Assembly: GCA_963714795.1 (NCBI GenBank)
Contig: CAVQPS010000009.1
Span: forward strand, 710,970-774,969
Source: an uncultured Ignavibacteriales bacterium
GTDB taxonomy: Bacteria; Bacteroidota; Ignavibacteria; UBA10030; SZUA-254
DNA length: 64,000 nucleotides
Direction: 5' to 3'
How positions within the stretch are numbered: the first letter of the stretch is position 1; each line of letters begins with the position of its first letter. The notes beneath the pieces are model-generated. The model did no database searches. It was not told where the DNA came from and was given only the letters and a program-made list of their open reading frames with translations. This document shows positions 10,328 through 20,619 of the stretch, piece after piece. Both the position numbers and the translations under genes were made by a program.

Positions 10328-10756
10328 ATGAGGCAGATTAGAATTCAAATCATCACAATTGTGCTTTTTATGTTGTCTTGCTATCCGCTAGTTCTCTATG
10401 CTGGCGCTTCAGGCGCAAAGCAATCTAAGGCAACACGAGGCATTTTCCAGTTGGTCGAGACTCGTAATGGGAAGAAATCCTGTTGGGGTTTCATCATCCA
10501 ACTCAGTGATCTATCGTTCAAGCAGTCCATCGATCAAGACGATCTAACGATCACCGATGCAAAGTACGCCAGAGATATGAAGCCGATTATGACTTGGGCC
10601 GTTGATAATAGTCGTAAGCGGCTCACGATCATCTTCAAGCAAGGAATGGGTGACTTCGGCTCTGGTGATGACGTAACGGTGAGAATTCGAGGTAATGCAC
10701 TTACTGGCGAGCCGAAACAAGATTACGTTTTCGAGATCGCAACGGACATTCTTTAA
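10328..10756 (+). CDS. Hypothetical secreted protein (142 aa)
   Basis: It has an N-terminal signal-like segment (IITIVLFMLSCYPLVLYAGASG) and sits in an AT-richer patch. I recognise no family. Confidence 0.5.
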   Translation: MRQIRIQIITIVLFMLSCYPLVLYAGASGAKQSKATRGIFQLVETRNGKKSCWGFIIQLSDLSFKQSIDQDDLTITDAKYARDMKPIMTWAVDNSRKRLTIIFKQGMGDFGSGDDVTVRIRGNALTGEPKQDYVFEIATDIL

Positions 10757-11068
10757 TTGAGGTGTCTGTGAATCTGCTCGCCGCAAACAGCGCATAACAA
10801 GCAAAAGCACGACGTTGGTTGGATCGAGGATGATAAAGCCTCACTCAACATTTTTGTTCACATAAAAGCAATTATGGATTCACAAAAACATTGCTTTTTT
10901 CCAAAGCCTTGTCAAGTATATTCACTCAACATTATTAAAATTTTAATGTGATATACTTCCTGCCCGCCTTGCTTATCTCATTTCCTTTTTGTATTCTCTG
11001 TATGTTTTTTATGACCGATTGCAGGTAACGTTTTTTGCGAATTTTCATTACCGGACTTGAACGAAAAT

Positions 11069-11485
11069 ATGGCATACTGGCTTTTGAAAACCGAACCTGA
11101 AACGTATTCATTCGCCGACCTGGAAAATGATGGAATGACGCGGTGGGAAGGCGTGTCGAACAATCTTGCATTGAAGCATCTCCGCGCCATCAAAAAGAAC
11201 GATTGTGCGTTTATCTATCATACCGGTAAAGAAAAAGCCGTTGTCGGCATTGCCGAGGTCGTAAAAGCGGCGTATCCCGATCCTTCGGGTAACGATCCCA
11301 AACAAGTTGTTGTTGATATAAAAGTGAAACGACGATTACAGCGGGCAGTGACTCTGGCAGAGCTGAAAAGCGACAAATCGTTTGCATTGTTCGAGCTTGT
11401 CCGCCTGCCGCGGCTTTCGGTGATGCCGGTGAACAGCGCTCATTGGAATGCGATTGTAAAAAAATCATCGCTAAAGCCGGAGTGA
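11069..11485 (+). CDS. EVE (PUA-like) domain protein
   Basis: MAYWLLKTEPETYSFADL..WEGVSNNLALKHLRAIKKNDCAFIYHTGKEKAVVGIAEV is typical of the EVE/DUF55 family. I prefer ATG 11069 over the TTG at 11057. Confidence 0.85.
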   Translation: MAYWLLKTEPETYSFADLENDGMTRWEGVSNNLALKHLRAIKKNDCAFIYHTGKEKAVVGIAEVVKAAYPDPSGNDPKQVVVDIKVKRRLQRAVTLAELKSDKSFALFELVRLPRLSVMPVNSAHWNAIVKKSSLKPE

Positions 11486-11533
11486 TATACAATGATGGAT
11501 CAATATTTTTCAAACCTTTTTTAGGAATATAAC

Positions 11534-12100
11534 GTGACTGTGAAAGAACGATTCAAAAAGATTGGGCGAGTGATATGGAATTTTATCGAGGCTTATCCGG
11601 TGTTGATAGCCGCGCTTGTGATATATCTCTATTATTTATTTACCACGGTGAATTTTTTCAGTCACGAAGGAGAAAAGAAGTCATTCATCGATTATTTCCT
11701 TCAATTTGATTCATTGTTCTTCCTTTGGCTTGCGGCGGCGGCACTTATTCAATTACAGCGTGTCCGGAAAAATTTCAAACGAGAAGAACTCTCGCGGCGT
11801 GAGATTGAGCGCGTTCTGGACAGACAACAGATTTACAGCGGACTTGTTCAGGATATTACATCGCTTCTGCAGGATAATGTCAATAATCCGCTTGCGATTA
11901 TTTCCGTTACCACGCAGGAAATCCGGCGAAAATTCGAATCCGATACCGAAATTATCCGGTGGCTGGACCGTATCGACGGCGCCATGAAGCGCATCCATAA
12001 TACGATTCGTGACCTCCAGGCATACGAAGCACAGAAATTAATTGAATCGTCTGCCCAATTATTCGAAAAACAAAAGGAACGACAGGCCGTTAAACAATAA
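11534..12100 (+). CDS. Hypothetical membrane protein with coiled-coil / HisKA-like helix lacking the phospho-acceptor His
   Basis: GTG start, two predicted TM helices, then ..LLQDNVNNPLAIISVTTQEIRRKF.., which resembles a DHp helix with Asn in place of His. There is no ATPase domain. Confidence 0.5.
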   Translation: MTVKERFKKIGRVIWNFIEAYPVLIAALVIYLYYLFTTVNFFSHEGEKKSFIDYFLQFDSLFFLWLAAAALIQLQRVRKNFKREELSRREIERVLDRQQIYSGLVQDITSLLQDNVNNPLAIISVTTQEIRRKFESDTEIIRWLDRIDGAMKRIHNTIRDLQAYEAQKLIESSAQLFEKQKERQAVKQ

Positions 12101-12501
12101 GGGATTTTTGGATTTGCCTTTCCCATTCAAGTAAAGAATGGCCGTCATCAATTTTCCCCCTGTAAAAGATATCTCAGATAACTTCCACCTACCTTTTTTG
12201 TAAAAATTCCGGCTTTTTTTTCAACCTTTCTCTAAAATCAATTCGATTCATTTCATGAGATGAACGTCGACGAAAATGTGCGTTACCTCAACGCTTTTTG
12301 TATACGATGTTCTTACCTTATATCAAGAAATTCGTCAAACATGGGAAATTGCGGCAAGCTTCATTTTGAGGGAGGAACATGTTTGTCGTATATCACACGT
12401 GTTGTTGTGTGTCATTTCAAAGGTAAGCAAATTGTCATAGACTATAGCGTAAATTCATTTTGTATCGTTCTTAAATTACATATTTGTTAAACGAGGGCAC
12501 T

Positions 12502-14526
12502 ATGTCTACAAACGATTTCAACAACAAGAAGAAAACAAACGTTCTTCTGACGTACAACAATTCCGTTGAGAAAAAGCCGGACCGGGGTTCAGGCGAAAAT
12601 CTCGATAATTTATTGTGGGATGACGAAGAGAACTCTAAACCGAAAGGCAACAGCAATTCGGCTTCGGGTGAAAAAGTTCTCATGGAAAGCATTCCGTTAA
12701 AACCATTTCCGCTTTCATCACAACCGAACATCGAAGACCGAAGTGTACCGTCCAAGCGTCCCCAATCGGTGCGTCTTAACCAATACCTGGTGGAAAGTGG
12801 AATTGTTACGAAAGACCAATTGGAAGAGGCGTTGGAAACTCAGGCGAAGACGTCCGACAAACGCCGTATTATCGATATTTTGATGGAAGACCTCAACGTC
12901 AACAAAGATGAAATCTTACGGACCGTTGCACACTATTATTCATTTGAAACTATCGACCCGACGTCTTCTTTCGGGAATAAAGACAAACTTCAATTTATAA
13001 AACAGTTGCTGGAAACATTGCCTGCGCTGTATTATGACAGCGCTGTCCGGCATAAGATTTTACCGTATGAGTTGTTTACCAACGGTTATGATAAACTGGT
13101 TCTGATCACTCCGGATCCGACTCATCCCGATGTTCATCTCGTTGCACGCGCATTTAAATTTCCGAAATATGAAGTCAAATATGTCTCGACCGACCTGTGG
13201 CAGGAACTGTGGAGACAGCTTGCATTCGATCAAAGCGCGAAACAATTGGGAGTTGATACTGAGGATGGGTTTTCTCAATACAACCCGGATGAAACCGAAA
13301 AGGAAATCGAAGCTTCACTCGAAGATAAAATTGGTCGTGGAAGACTGAATGATGTCATCGAAGCATTGTTGGTTGATGGCGTTCGGACCGGTGCGAGCGA
13401 TATTCATGTCATTCCAAAATCATTAAATCGGACAGAGTTTCATTTTCGTATCGACGGCAGGCTGAGTCTGTGGAGTGCAATTACCGACGTTCGCTCCGAG
13501 GCAATTCTGACCGTTATTAAAGACCGTGCAAAAAATCTTGACCGGTTCGAAAAAATGCTTTCGCAGGACGGTTTCGCACAGCGTATGGTTGATAACAAAA
13601 TGATACGCTTCCGGTTCTCGACAATGCCGATTTATAGCGGCGATCTTCGCAGTAAAGTAGAATCCATTGTTATTCGTGTCCTGAGAAGTGCAGATGCTTC
13701 CAATGGTATCGAATCGCTGCAAATGCCTCCATCGACACAGGAAATATTTCTCAAAGCAATCCGGAAGCCGCAGGGCATTATTATTTTTACCGGACCGACA
13801 GGTAGCGGAAAAACAACGTCCCAGCTGGCAGCCCTTCAAACAATAATGGATCCGGGCATTAACATTATCACCATCGAAGATCCTGTCGAATATCTCATCG
13901 AAGGATGCCGTCAGGTAAAATTGAATCACAAACTTGACTTCGAAGGCGCGCTGCGCGGGTTATTGCGTCACGATCCGGACGTCGTTATGGTCGGTGAAAT
14001 GCGTGATAAAGTAACAGCCGAAATTGCAGTCAAGCTTGCCAACACCGGACATCTGATATTTTCGACATTACATACGAATGATTCGATCGGCGCTATTACA
14101 CGTTTGTATAATATGGGCATCGAGCCGTTTCTCCTTGCCTATACGATTAATATCATCGTCGCACAACGTCTCGTTCGAAAACTCTGTGACCGCTGCAAGA
14201 CAATCGACGATACTGTCGATCATGATTTTCTTATCGATTCCGGATTTGCAGAACAAGATATTGATTCGACGAAGTTCTATAAACCGGTCGGCTGCGTTCA
14301 TTGTATCCGCGGTTATCGGGGACGTATAGGAATTTTTGAAGCTCTGGCGATGACAAAAGAAATTCGCAGGGTTATTCTTAAATCGAAAGACTTTGTCGAC
14401 GAAGATACGATCCGTGCACTTGCTTTGCAGAACGGGATGCAGACGCTTCGGCAGTCTGCAATCAATTTGGCAAAACAAGGGTTGACCTCGATCGATAACG
14501 TAGAAGGAATGATTCTGGAAGATTGA
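12502..14526 (+). CDS. GspE/PilB-family type II/IV secretion ATPase with a ~95-aa low-complexity N-terminal extension
   Basis: It has a T2SSE_N-like block (YLVESGIVTKDQLEEALE), Walker A GPTGSGKTT, Walker B DPDVVMVGEMRD, His box GHLIFSTLHTND and a Cys4 motif (CDRCK..CVHCIRGYRGR). I prefer ATG 12502 over the TTG at 12484. Confidence 0.9.
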   Translation: MSTNDFNNKKKTNVLLTYNNSVEKKPDRGSGENLDNLLWDDEENSKPKGNSNSASGEKVLMESIPLKPFPLSSQPNIEDRSVPSKRPQSVRLNQYLVESGIVTKDQLEEALETQAKTSDKRRIIDILMEDLNVNKDEILRTVAHYYSFETIDPTSSFGNKDKLQFIKQLLETLPALYYDSAVRHKILPYELFTNGYDKLVLITPDPTHPDVHLVARAFKFPKYEVKYVSTDLWQELWRQLAFDQSAKQLGVDTEDGFSQYNPDETEKEIEASLEDKIGRGRLNDVIEALLVDGVRTGASDIHVIPKSLNRTEFHFRIDGRLSLWSAITDVRSEAILTVIKDRAKNLDRFEKMLSQDGFAQRMVDNKMIRFRFSTMPIYSGDLRSKVESIVIRVLRSADASNGIESLQMPPSTQEIFLKAIRKPQGIIIFTGPTGSGKTTSQLAALQTIMDPGINIITIEDPVEYLIEGCRQVKLNHKLDFEGALRGLLRHDPDVVMVGEMRDKVTAEIAVKLANTGHLIFSTLHTNDSIGAITRLYNMGIEPFLLAYTINIIVAQRLVRKLCDRCKTIDDTVDHDFLIDSGFAEQDIDSTKFYKPVGCVHCIRGYRGRIGIFEALAMTKEIRRVILKSKDFVDEDTIRALALQNGMQTLRQSAINLAKQGLTSIDNVEGMILED

Positions 14527-14587
14527 AATTCCTGAAAAGGCACTGGCGCTTCGTAGACAAGCAACCCTCCCAGCTGCCGCAACAGAG

Positions 14588-14619
14588 CGCCCGAAGTGAA
14601 ACGCTTCGGGCGTTATTTT
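14588..14619 (+). terminator. Rho-independent terminator after the PilB-like gene
   Basis: CGCCCGAAG - 7 nt - CTTCGGGCG followed by TTATTTT. Confidence 0.75.
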
Positions 14620-14764
14620 ACACCGTAACTCTCAATATTTTTTCTTTCAACGGAAGTTAAGTAAAATGTGCCCGATCAAAGAACGAACGGGCGGCACTTT
14701 ATCTGACGATGCTTTATTCTATCGTTGAGAATTTTTAAATAGATCGTGATGGAGGAAAATTAAA

Positions 14765-15631
14765 ATGAACGTTACTTCAAATGATCGCAAAATAATACTG
14801 AAACAATTTTCCCGGGAACTCCAAGAACACCGGGAAGGCCATTTACTCGGCGTGGAATTACAACGCGAAACGGAACTCTTTGTTGATTCGCTGATGGGTA
14901 TTCTGTTTCCGCATTTCTGTAAATCGCAATATCGGACTGCAGACGAAATTGAATGGCAGCTTCTGTCGTTGGAACACGACTTGAAGATCCTTCTCTCATC
15001 GCTGTCGAGTAATTCTCGTCTCGATATACAAAATGTTGCGGGCGAGTTCATGTCTCTTCTGCCGGAAGTGTATTACAAACTCCGTCTTGACGCGGAAGCA
15101 ATTAATAGCGGAGATCCCGCGGCTGAAAGTGTCGACGAGGTCATTCTTGCATATCCGGGTTTTCGTGCCATTGCGATTTACCGTCTTGCACATGAATTCT
15201 ACCGGCTACATGTTCCCATTTTTCCGCGTCTCTTAACGGAATACGCACACGGAAAAACCGGGATCGATATTCATCCGGGGGCACAAATCGGAACGTCATT
15301 TGCAATCGATCATGGCAGCGGGATAGTTATCGGTGAGTCAGCGGTCATCGGTGACAATGTGAAAATGTACCAGGGGGTAACGCTTGGTGCATTGAGTGTC
15401 GATAAGAAGATTGCCAAGTCGAAAAGACATCCGACTATTGAACACGATGTTGTCATCTATGCCCAGGCGGTCATCCTCGGTGGGAAAACGATCGTCGGTC
15501 ATCACAGCATCATCGGTGGAAATGTCTGGCTGACGCATAGCGTACCGGAATATTCAGTTGTATCGCAGGATCAGGAAGCGATCGTGCAGAGTAAGGAAGG
15601 CTTCGAAGGTGTTCTCAATTACGTCATTTAA
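14765..15631 (+). CDS. cysE: Serine O-acetyltransferase
   Basis: It has a hexapeptide LbH C-terminus (GAQIGTSFAIDHGSGIVIGESAVIGDNVKMYQGVTLG) and is followed by cysK. Confidence 0.85.
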   Translation: MNVTSNDRKIILKQFSRELQEHREGHLLGVELQRETELFVDSLMGILFPHFCKSQYRTADEIEWQLLSLEHDLKILLSSLSSNSRLDIQNVAGEFMSLLPEVYYKLRLDAEAINSGDPAAESVDEVILAYPGFRAIAIYRLAHEFYRLHVPIFPRLLTEYAHGKTGIDIHPGAQIGTSFAIDHGSGIVIGESAVIGDNVKMYQGVTLGALSVDKKIAKSKRHPTIEHDVVIYAQAVILGGKTIVGHHSIIGGNVWLTHSVPEYSVVSQDQEAIVQSKEGFEGVLNYVI

Positions 15632-15649
15632 TCATTATAGGGGATAAAC

Positions 15650-16558
15650 ATGAAAGCAGTCAGCATACTTGAAACCATTGGAAATACACCGCATGTGCGC
15701 TTCCGGAAGTTGTTCGGTACGAAAGAAGTCTGGATGAAGCTGGAGCGGGCAAATCCCGGGGGTAGTATCAAAGATCGGATTGCTCTCTCGATGATTGAGG
15801 ATGCAGAACGGCGCGGCATCCTGAAGCCGGATAGTGTCATTATCGAACCGACGTCCGGCAATACCGGAATCGGATTGGCAATGGTATCGGCAGTGAAAAA
15901 TTACCGACTGATTCTTGTCATGCCGGAGTCGATGTCGATTGAACGCCGGCGTATCATGGCCGCATATGGCGCCAAACTTGAACTCACACCGCGAGAAAAG
16001 GGAATGAACGGCGCTATCCAGCGTGCAAACGAACTTGCAGCATCGACTCCCAATTCCTGGATCCCTCAGCAGTTTGAGAACGAAGCGAACATCGAAGTTC
16101 ACCGAAATACTACGGCGAAGGAACTGCTGGCCGATTTCCCCGACGGTTTCGATTTGCTGGTAACCGGTGTCGGAACCGGCGGTCATATTACCGGTGTCGG
16201 TGAAATACTGAAGAAACATTTTCCCCGGCTGAAAGTCTTTGCCGTTGAACCTTCTTTGTCTCCGGTGATCAGCGGCGGTCAGCATTCCCCGCATCCCATT
16301 CAAGGAATCGGGGCAGGGTTCATTCCTAAAAATTTACACAAAGAAGTCCTCGACGGAGTGGTACAGGTTACGAAAGAGGAGTCATTCGAGTATGCTCAAC
16401 GATGTGCACGGGAAGAAGGAATCTTTGTCGGAATTTCAACAGGAGCAGCTCTGGCAGCAGTTGCTAAAAAACTTCCCGACCTGCCGCCGAAAGGTCGATT
16501 GCTGACATTTTGTTACGATACCGGAGAACGATATCTTTCGGTTGAGGGATTATTCTAA
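15650..16558 (+). CDS. cysK: Cysteine synthase A (O-acetylserine sulfhydrylase)
   Basis: It has GGSIKDRIA (PLP Lys), SGNTGIGLA and [10 protein letters not shown]. Confidence 0.95.
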   Translation: MKAVSILETIGNTPHVRFRKLFGTKEVWMKLERANPGGSIKDRIALSMIEDAERRGILKPDSVIIEPTSGNTGIGLAMVSAVKNYRLILVMPESMSIERRRIMAAYGAKLELTPREKGMNGAIQRANELAASTPNSWIPQQFENEANIEVHRNTTAKELLADFPDGFDLLVTGVGTGGHITGVGEILKKHFPRLKVFAVEPSLSPVISGGQHSPHPIQGIGAGFIPKNLHKEVLDGVVQVTKEESFEYAQRCAREEGIFVGISTGAALAAVAKKLPDLPPKGRLLTFCYDTGERYLSVEGLF

Positions 16559-16569
16559 TAATTTTTGGA

Positions 16570-17547
16570 CTATGGTATCTGTTTTCCCCTTATCGCCGTG
16601 ACGAGCGCATACCACTCTTCCCGTGTCAGATGAATGTCGGGAGCGGGTGAGCTTGATGCAATGCGATCGGGATTCGTTGTTCCGATGATCGGTTGGATTT
16701 GTGCGGGATGCCGCAACAGCCACGCGAGAAGAATTGCCTCCTTCGTGGTGTTCTTGTCCGATGCGAGTTTTGTTATTAGTGCATTCGTCTGCCGGATGCA
16801 CTCATCGGCATCGTGCGGAGGATGAGAAAGCACTCCCTTGGCAAGAGGGGACCAAGCCTGAATCATAATTTTGTGTTGACGGCAATAATCCAACGTTCCC
16901 GCCGATGCCGTGTAGTGAACGTCATTTGTATTCGCGACAACGCCTTCCGTAATCAACGAAGAGTGCAGAAGATTGAGTTCAACCTGATTGATGACGATTC
17001 GCTGTTCGATGACGCTCTGAAGTAAGGCAATCTGCTGTCCCGTGTGGTTGCTGACGCCGAAATAACGAACCTTTCCGGTTTTTTCCAATTCCTGAAATGC
17101 TTGTGCGACTTCTTCCGGTTCTACAAGCGGATCGGGCCGGTGTAATAAAAGGATGTCGAGACGGTCGGTTTGTAAACGGCGCAAACTTCCTTCTACCGAC
17201 CGGACAATATGGTCACTGCTGAAATCATACCGGAACGGATTTCCCGCATCAGGATCGTCCTTCATCCTGATACCGCATTTCGATTGAAGAATAATTTTGT
17301 CGCGTAAACCGGTTTGCTGTCGGAGAATTTCGCCGAACACGGTTTCCGATTTTCCCCGGCAATAAATATCGGCGTGATCGAAAAACGTCATGCCGTTTTC
17401 GAAAGCCGTCATGACTGCTCGCGTTGCTTTCGCACGGTCATCCGATGTTAACGGCGAACCGTCCCACCGTTTGCCGATGGTCATGCATCCGTAGCCGATG
17501 ACCGAAACATCAAGATTTGTATTCGGAATACGATATGTTTTCATCAC
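16570..17547 (-). CDS. Aldo/keto reductase
   Basis: 325 aa with the typical AKR blocks GYGCMTIG, FFDHADIY, LLLHRPD and VRYFGVSN. Confidence 0.9.
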   Translation of the reverse strand: MMKTYRIPNTNLDVSVIGYGCMTIGKRWDGSPLTSDDRAKATRAVMTAFENGMTFFDHADIYCRGKSETVFGEILRQQTGLRDKIILQSKCGIRMKDDPDAGNPFRYDFSSDHIVRSVEGSLRRLQTDRLDILLLHRPDPLVEPEEVAQAFQELEKTGKVRYFGVSNHTGQQIALLQSVIEQRIVINQVELNLLHSSLITEGVVANTNDVHYTASAGTLDYCRQHKIMIQAWSPLAKGVLSHPPHDADECIRQTNALITKLASDKNTTKEAILLAWLLRHPAQIQPIIGTTNPDRIASSSPAPDIHLTREEWYALVTAIRGKQIP

Positions 17548-17640
17548 GACAGTCCGAAATTCATTTTACCGTTTACATCAAAAAAACACATGGAGTGATT
17601 ACAGGAATCTACAATTTATTTTCGCTACTATCAATTTTGG

Positions 17641-17683
17641 GATGAAAAATAAATGTGCAGTCCACCTCCCATTTGGACTGCAC
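17641..17683 (-). terminator. Rho-independent terminator downstream of the TonB-dependent receptor gene
   Basis: GTGCAGTCCA - 9 nt - TGGACTGCAC, followed on the minus strand by ATTTATTTTTC. Confidence 0.7.
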
Positions 17684-17708
17684 CGTATTTTCCTATGACC
17701 GATTTTTT

Positions 17709-20030
17709 TTAAAATATAAGATCGTAATTAAGACGGAAGCCGCGGGCCGGTTGTGGAATAAAATCCTTGATCACCGATAAATTATCGCGATAGACCTGGT
17801 TAAATACGTTATCACAATGTACGCTGATGTTATGGACTACTCCGCCTTGAGGTAACCGCACTCCGGCACCGAGATTAATGATGCCGTAACCTGCCGTCGG
17901 CGTATCACCGATCCCGAGATTATTCTGTGCTGCGGCAACTCGCCATTCGATCATCCCGGAATAAGTGTTATCCTGATAATTCAGACGGAGCAAACCCTTC
18001 AGCGGCGGAATAAACGGAAGCGGTGTGACGCTGTCACGCACCGCCTCTGCATAGACGTAACTTCCGCTTACCGTCATTGCCCAATGGTCCATGAGTTGTG
18101 TTGAAGCCGTGAAATCAATTCCATACAGCCGTGCATCCGTCTGAGCATACTGGCGGTAGGGGTAATTCGGTTGTTGTGTCGTGTCCGTTCCGCCCGGAAA
18201 GTAGCTGTATAAATAATTGGTAATCAGATTGAGATAGGGAGACACTTCAAATGAAAATCCGGAATACTGGCCTTTGATGGAAAGATCGAATTCTAATCCG
18301 GTCTCCGGCACCAGGCTCGCATCGCCGAGAATGAACGAGGCGCTGGCATCATCCGGTCCATATCCGAAAAGTTCCTGTTGCGTCGGCGCGCGAAACGATC
18401 GGGCAATACTGAGACTGCCTGTTAACTCGTTCGTCAGTTTTTGTATGATGCCGACAGATCCCGTAACTGCACTGGCAAGACGTGACGTATCAAGAGTCTG
18501 AAAACGCGGAGTGAGCGAACCGGGATCCGGATTGGTCTGGATATTATCGTAATCATACCGAATCGCTCCCTGAAAGCGTGTGTTTTCGCTGGCGGTATAT
18601 TCTTCATACAGATAACCGGCAATATCAGTTGTGAGCGTGTTCGGTCCGAGCGGTTGGAGACCACCAATCGTTAAGTTGTCGAAGTTTGTCCAGATGCCCA
18701 ACGTTCCACGCCAGTTTCCCATCGGTTGAAGTAGAAATTGTACGGTGGCATTGTAATTATTTTGATGAAAGTTATTCTGTTCGAACTCGGAAAATGTTCC
18801 TGTCGGGTTGCCGGCTGAATCCGCATCCGGTGCCGTTGGATGTTCGGAATGTGTGTAATCAACGGTATTCGCATTGAGCTTGATCTGGTTGACGAGGGAG
18901 CCACCGACTTCGAATAATCCCCGCAACTCGAGACTGTACTTTTCCATCTCAATGCGGGAAAAAGTAGGATTCATATATACCATATCGATAGGATCTCCCG
19001 GAATTCCATAATTCATCTGATAATGTTTGCCGCCGATGCCGATCATTCCAAAAGTTCCCGAATAGGAATATCCTGCAGATTCTTCCGATGTTCTATCGAA
19101 CGATTGCGGGACGTGGTCGAGTTGATATCCCTGGCTTGTCGTAGGATCCGTATAGAAGCCGTCGGGAATACGAATATCCTGAGAGTGCAATCCGCCGGCG
19201 GAAAACTTGAACGCGGAAGAACCATCGCTCAGTGTTGTTGTGAAATATCCTGAATAGAGATCACTGACAGTGTTACCCATGACGGATGCCCGGCCTGAAA
19301 CTGCATTCGATGATGCGGTGGGAATGAGATCGGTCATGACGTTCACCACACCACCAACGGCATTCGGCCCGAACATCACACTGGCAGGGCCGCGTACAAC
19401 ATCGATCTGCTCGACCGCTTCCGGTTCAATCGGAACTGCGTGGGCCGGGTCGAAGGTGGAGATGTCTCCGACACGAAGCCCGTTCTCTAAAACGAGGACA
19501 TCATTGTCGGTGAGTCCGCGCATCATCGGACGAGCGGGAGCAGAACCGTTCCATCGGACAGACACTCCCGGTATATCCTCGATTTCTTCAGCGAAACTCG
19601 ATCCCGGACTCGCATGCAAATCCAGCATCGATTTTGATTCGGAGGATTGGTATTGATCGTCTGCCGGACGGGCGTATGGCGAAGCGGAGACAACGATTTC
19701 TTCTTCTTCAATGGCTGATTCATGCAATTGAAAAGATGTTTCGGCAGTATTATCCGTTACATGAATTGTGTTCGTTGCCGATGAATAACCGATGACGCGT
19801 ACAAATACGTTGTATGTGCCGTTCGGAATATTGGAAAAAAGAAACTCGCCCTTACTGTCGGTACGCGTAACGCGTTCGAACTCCAATAAGCGAACCGTTG
19901 CACCGACAATCGGTTTACTGTCGCCGGTTATTGTTCCATGGATGCCGCCGCCATCAGCGGCTTCGGCAACAATCGGATGAATCAAAAGAACGATTCCTAC
20001 AATAAAAACCATAAGATTGATTTGTTTCAT
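17709..20030 (-). CDS. TonB-dependent outer-membrane receptor with N-terminal CarboxypepD_reg-like domain
   Basis: 773 aa. It has a signal peptide, a carboxypeptidase-regulatory-like fold (GATVRLL..GTYNVFVRVIGY), a plug domain, and a beta-barrel ending ..RGFRLNYDLIF. Confidence 0.9.
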   Translation of the reverse strand: MKQINLMVFIVGIVLLIHPIVAEAADGGGIHGTITGDSKPIVGATVRLLEFERVTRTDSKGEFLFSNIPNGTYNVFVRVIGYSSATNTIHVTDNTAETSFQLHESAIEEEEIVVSASPYARPADDQYQSSESKSMLDLHASPGSSFAEEIEDIPGVSVRWNGSAPARPMMRGLTDNDVLVLENGLRVGDISTFDPAHAVPIEPEAVEQIDVVRGPASVMFGPNAVGGVVNVMTDLIPTASSNAVSGRASVMGNTVSDLYSGYFTTTLSDGSSAFKFSAGGLHSQDIRIPDGFYTDPTTSQGYQLDHVPQSFDRTSEESAGYSYSGTFGMIGIGGKHYQMNYGIPGDPIDMVYMNPTFSRIEMEKYSLELRGLFEVGGSLVNQIKLNANTVDYTHSEHPTAPDADSAGNPTGTFSEFEQNNFHQNNYNATVQFLLQPMGNWRGTLGIWTNFDNLTIGGLQPLGPNTLTTDIAGYLYEEYTASENTRFQGAIRYDYDNIQTNPDPGSLTPRFQTLDTSRLASAVTGSVGIIQKLTNELTGSLSIARSFRAPTQQELFGYGPDDASASFILGDASLVPETGLEFDLSIKGQYSGFSFEVSPYLNLITNYLYSYFPGGTDTTQQPNYPYRQYAQTDARLYGIDFTASTQLMDHWAMTVSGSYVYAEAVRDSVTPLPFIPPLKGLLRLNYQDNTYSGMIEWRVAAAQNNLGIGDTPTAGYGIINLGAGVRLPQGGVVHNISVHCDNVFNQVYRDNLSVIKDFIPQPARGFRLNYDLIF

Positions 20031-20183
20031 GATAAAACTCCTTTAAAAAAATTGTATGTTCATCTCTCTGCCCCAAAAAAAAGCACGAAAGCGAAAGAAC
20101 TCTGCGCGATGGCAAATACAACGAGCGATATCCGGTAAGATCCGGAGATTCGTCGTCAGGCGAATGTGAAAACTATCTGAAAA

Positions 20184-20504
20184 TTAAATATTGCAGAGAG
20201 ATGAAGGGGGAGATTTATCTTGAATTAAACGAAATGACAAATACGGGGAGTATTGCTCGCGATGTTCCGGAGGAAAAAATTCTATCGGTTGAATTTGGAT
20301 ATGAGCATCGAAGACGAACGCTTTCGACGCGTTGTCTTTATCAAATGTTTCCCAGTTAAGAGACGGAAAAGTAAACGAAACGGTGCTCTGAGCGTGGGGA
20401 TGGTTTTCTGAATTCTCGTCTTGAAATAATTCGGTTCTGAATGCAAAATAATTCAACGCAATCAGAATTGAACAGAATTGATATGTGAGAATCCGCCCGC
20501 GCAT
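20184..20504 (-). CDS. Hypothetical small membrane-anchored protein upstream of the TonB receptor
   Basis: ORF 20184..20549. I prefer internal ATG 20504 (MRGRILTYQFCSILIAL..). I recognise no family. Confidence 0.35.
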   Translation of the reverse strand: MRGRILTYQFCSILIALNYFAFRTELFQDENSENHPHAQSTVSFTFPSLNWETFDKDNASKAFVFDAHIQIQPIEFFPPEHREQYSPYLSFRLIQDKSPPSSLCNI

Positions 20505-20619
20505 AATTTTTTCCTTCGTTAGTATACTATTTTGTGTCGGAAGAAGCAAGAAAAAACGGTCGCATTGGATTTTACAGAAACATTAAATACATTTATTCCT
20601 TCATCCGGAAAGTAATTCA

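Noticed and set aside
12260-12490. A 76-aa Cys-rich ORF upstream of the PilB-like gene.
   Set aside because: It has no motif and an odd composition, and it sits in what looks like a promoter/leader region. I cannot support it as a gene.
14620-14764. A possible riboswitch or leader upstream of cysE (a small hairpin GTGCCCG..CGGGCGGCAC).
   Set aside because: I cannot match it to any known riboswitch consensus by eye. It would need an Rfam covariance search.
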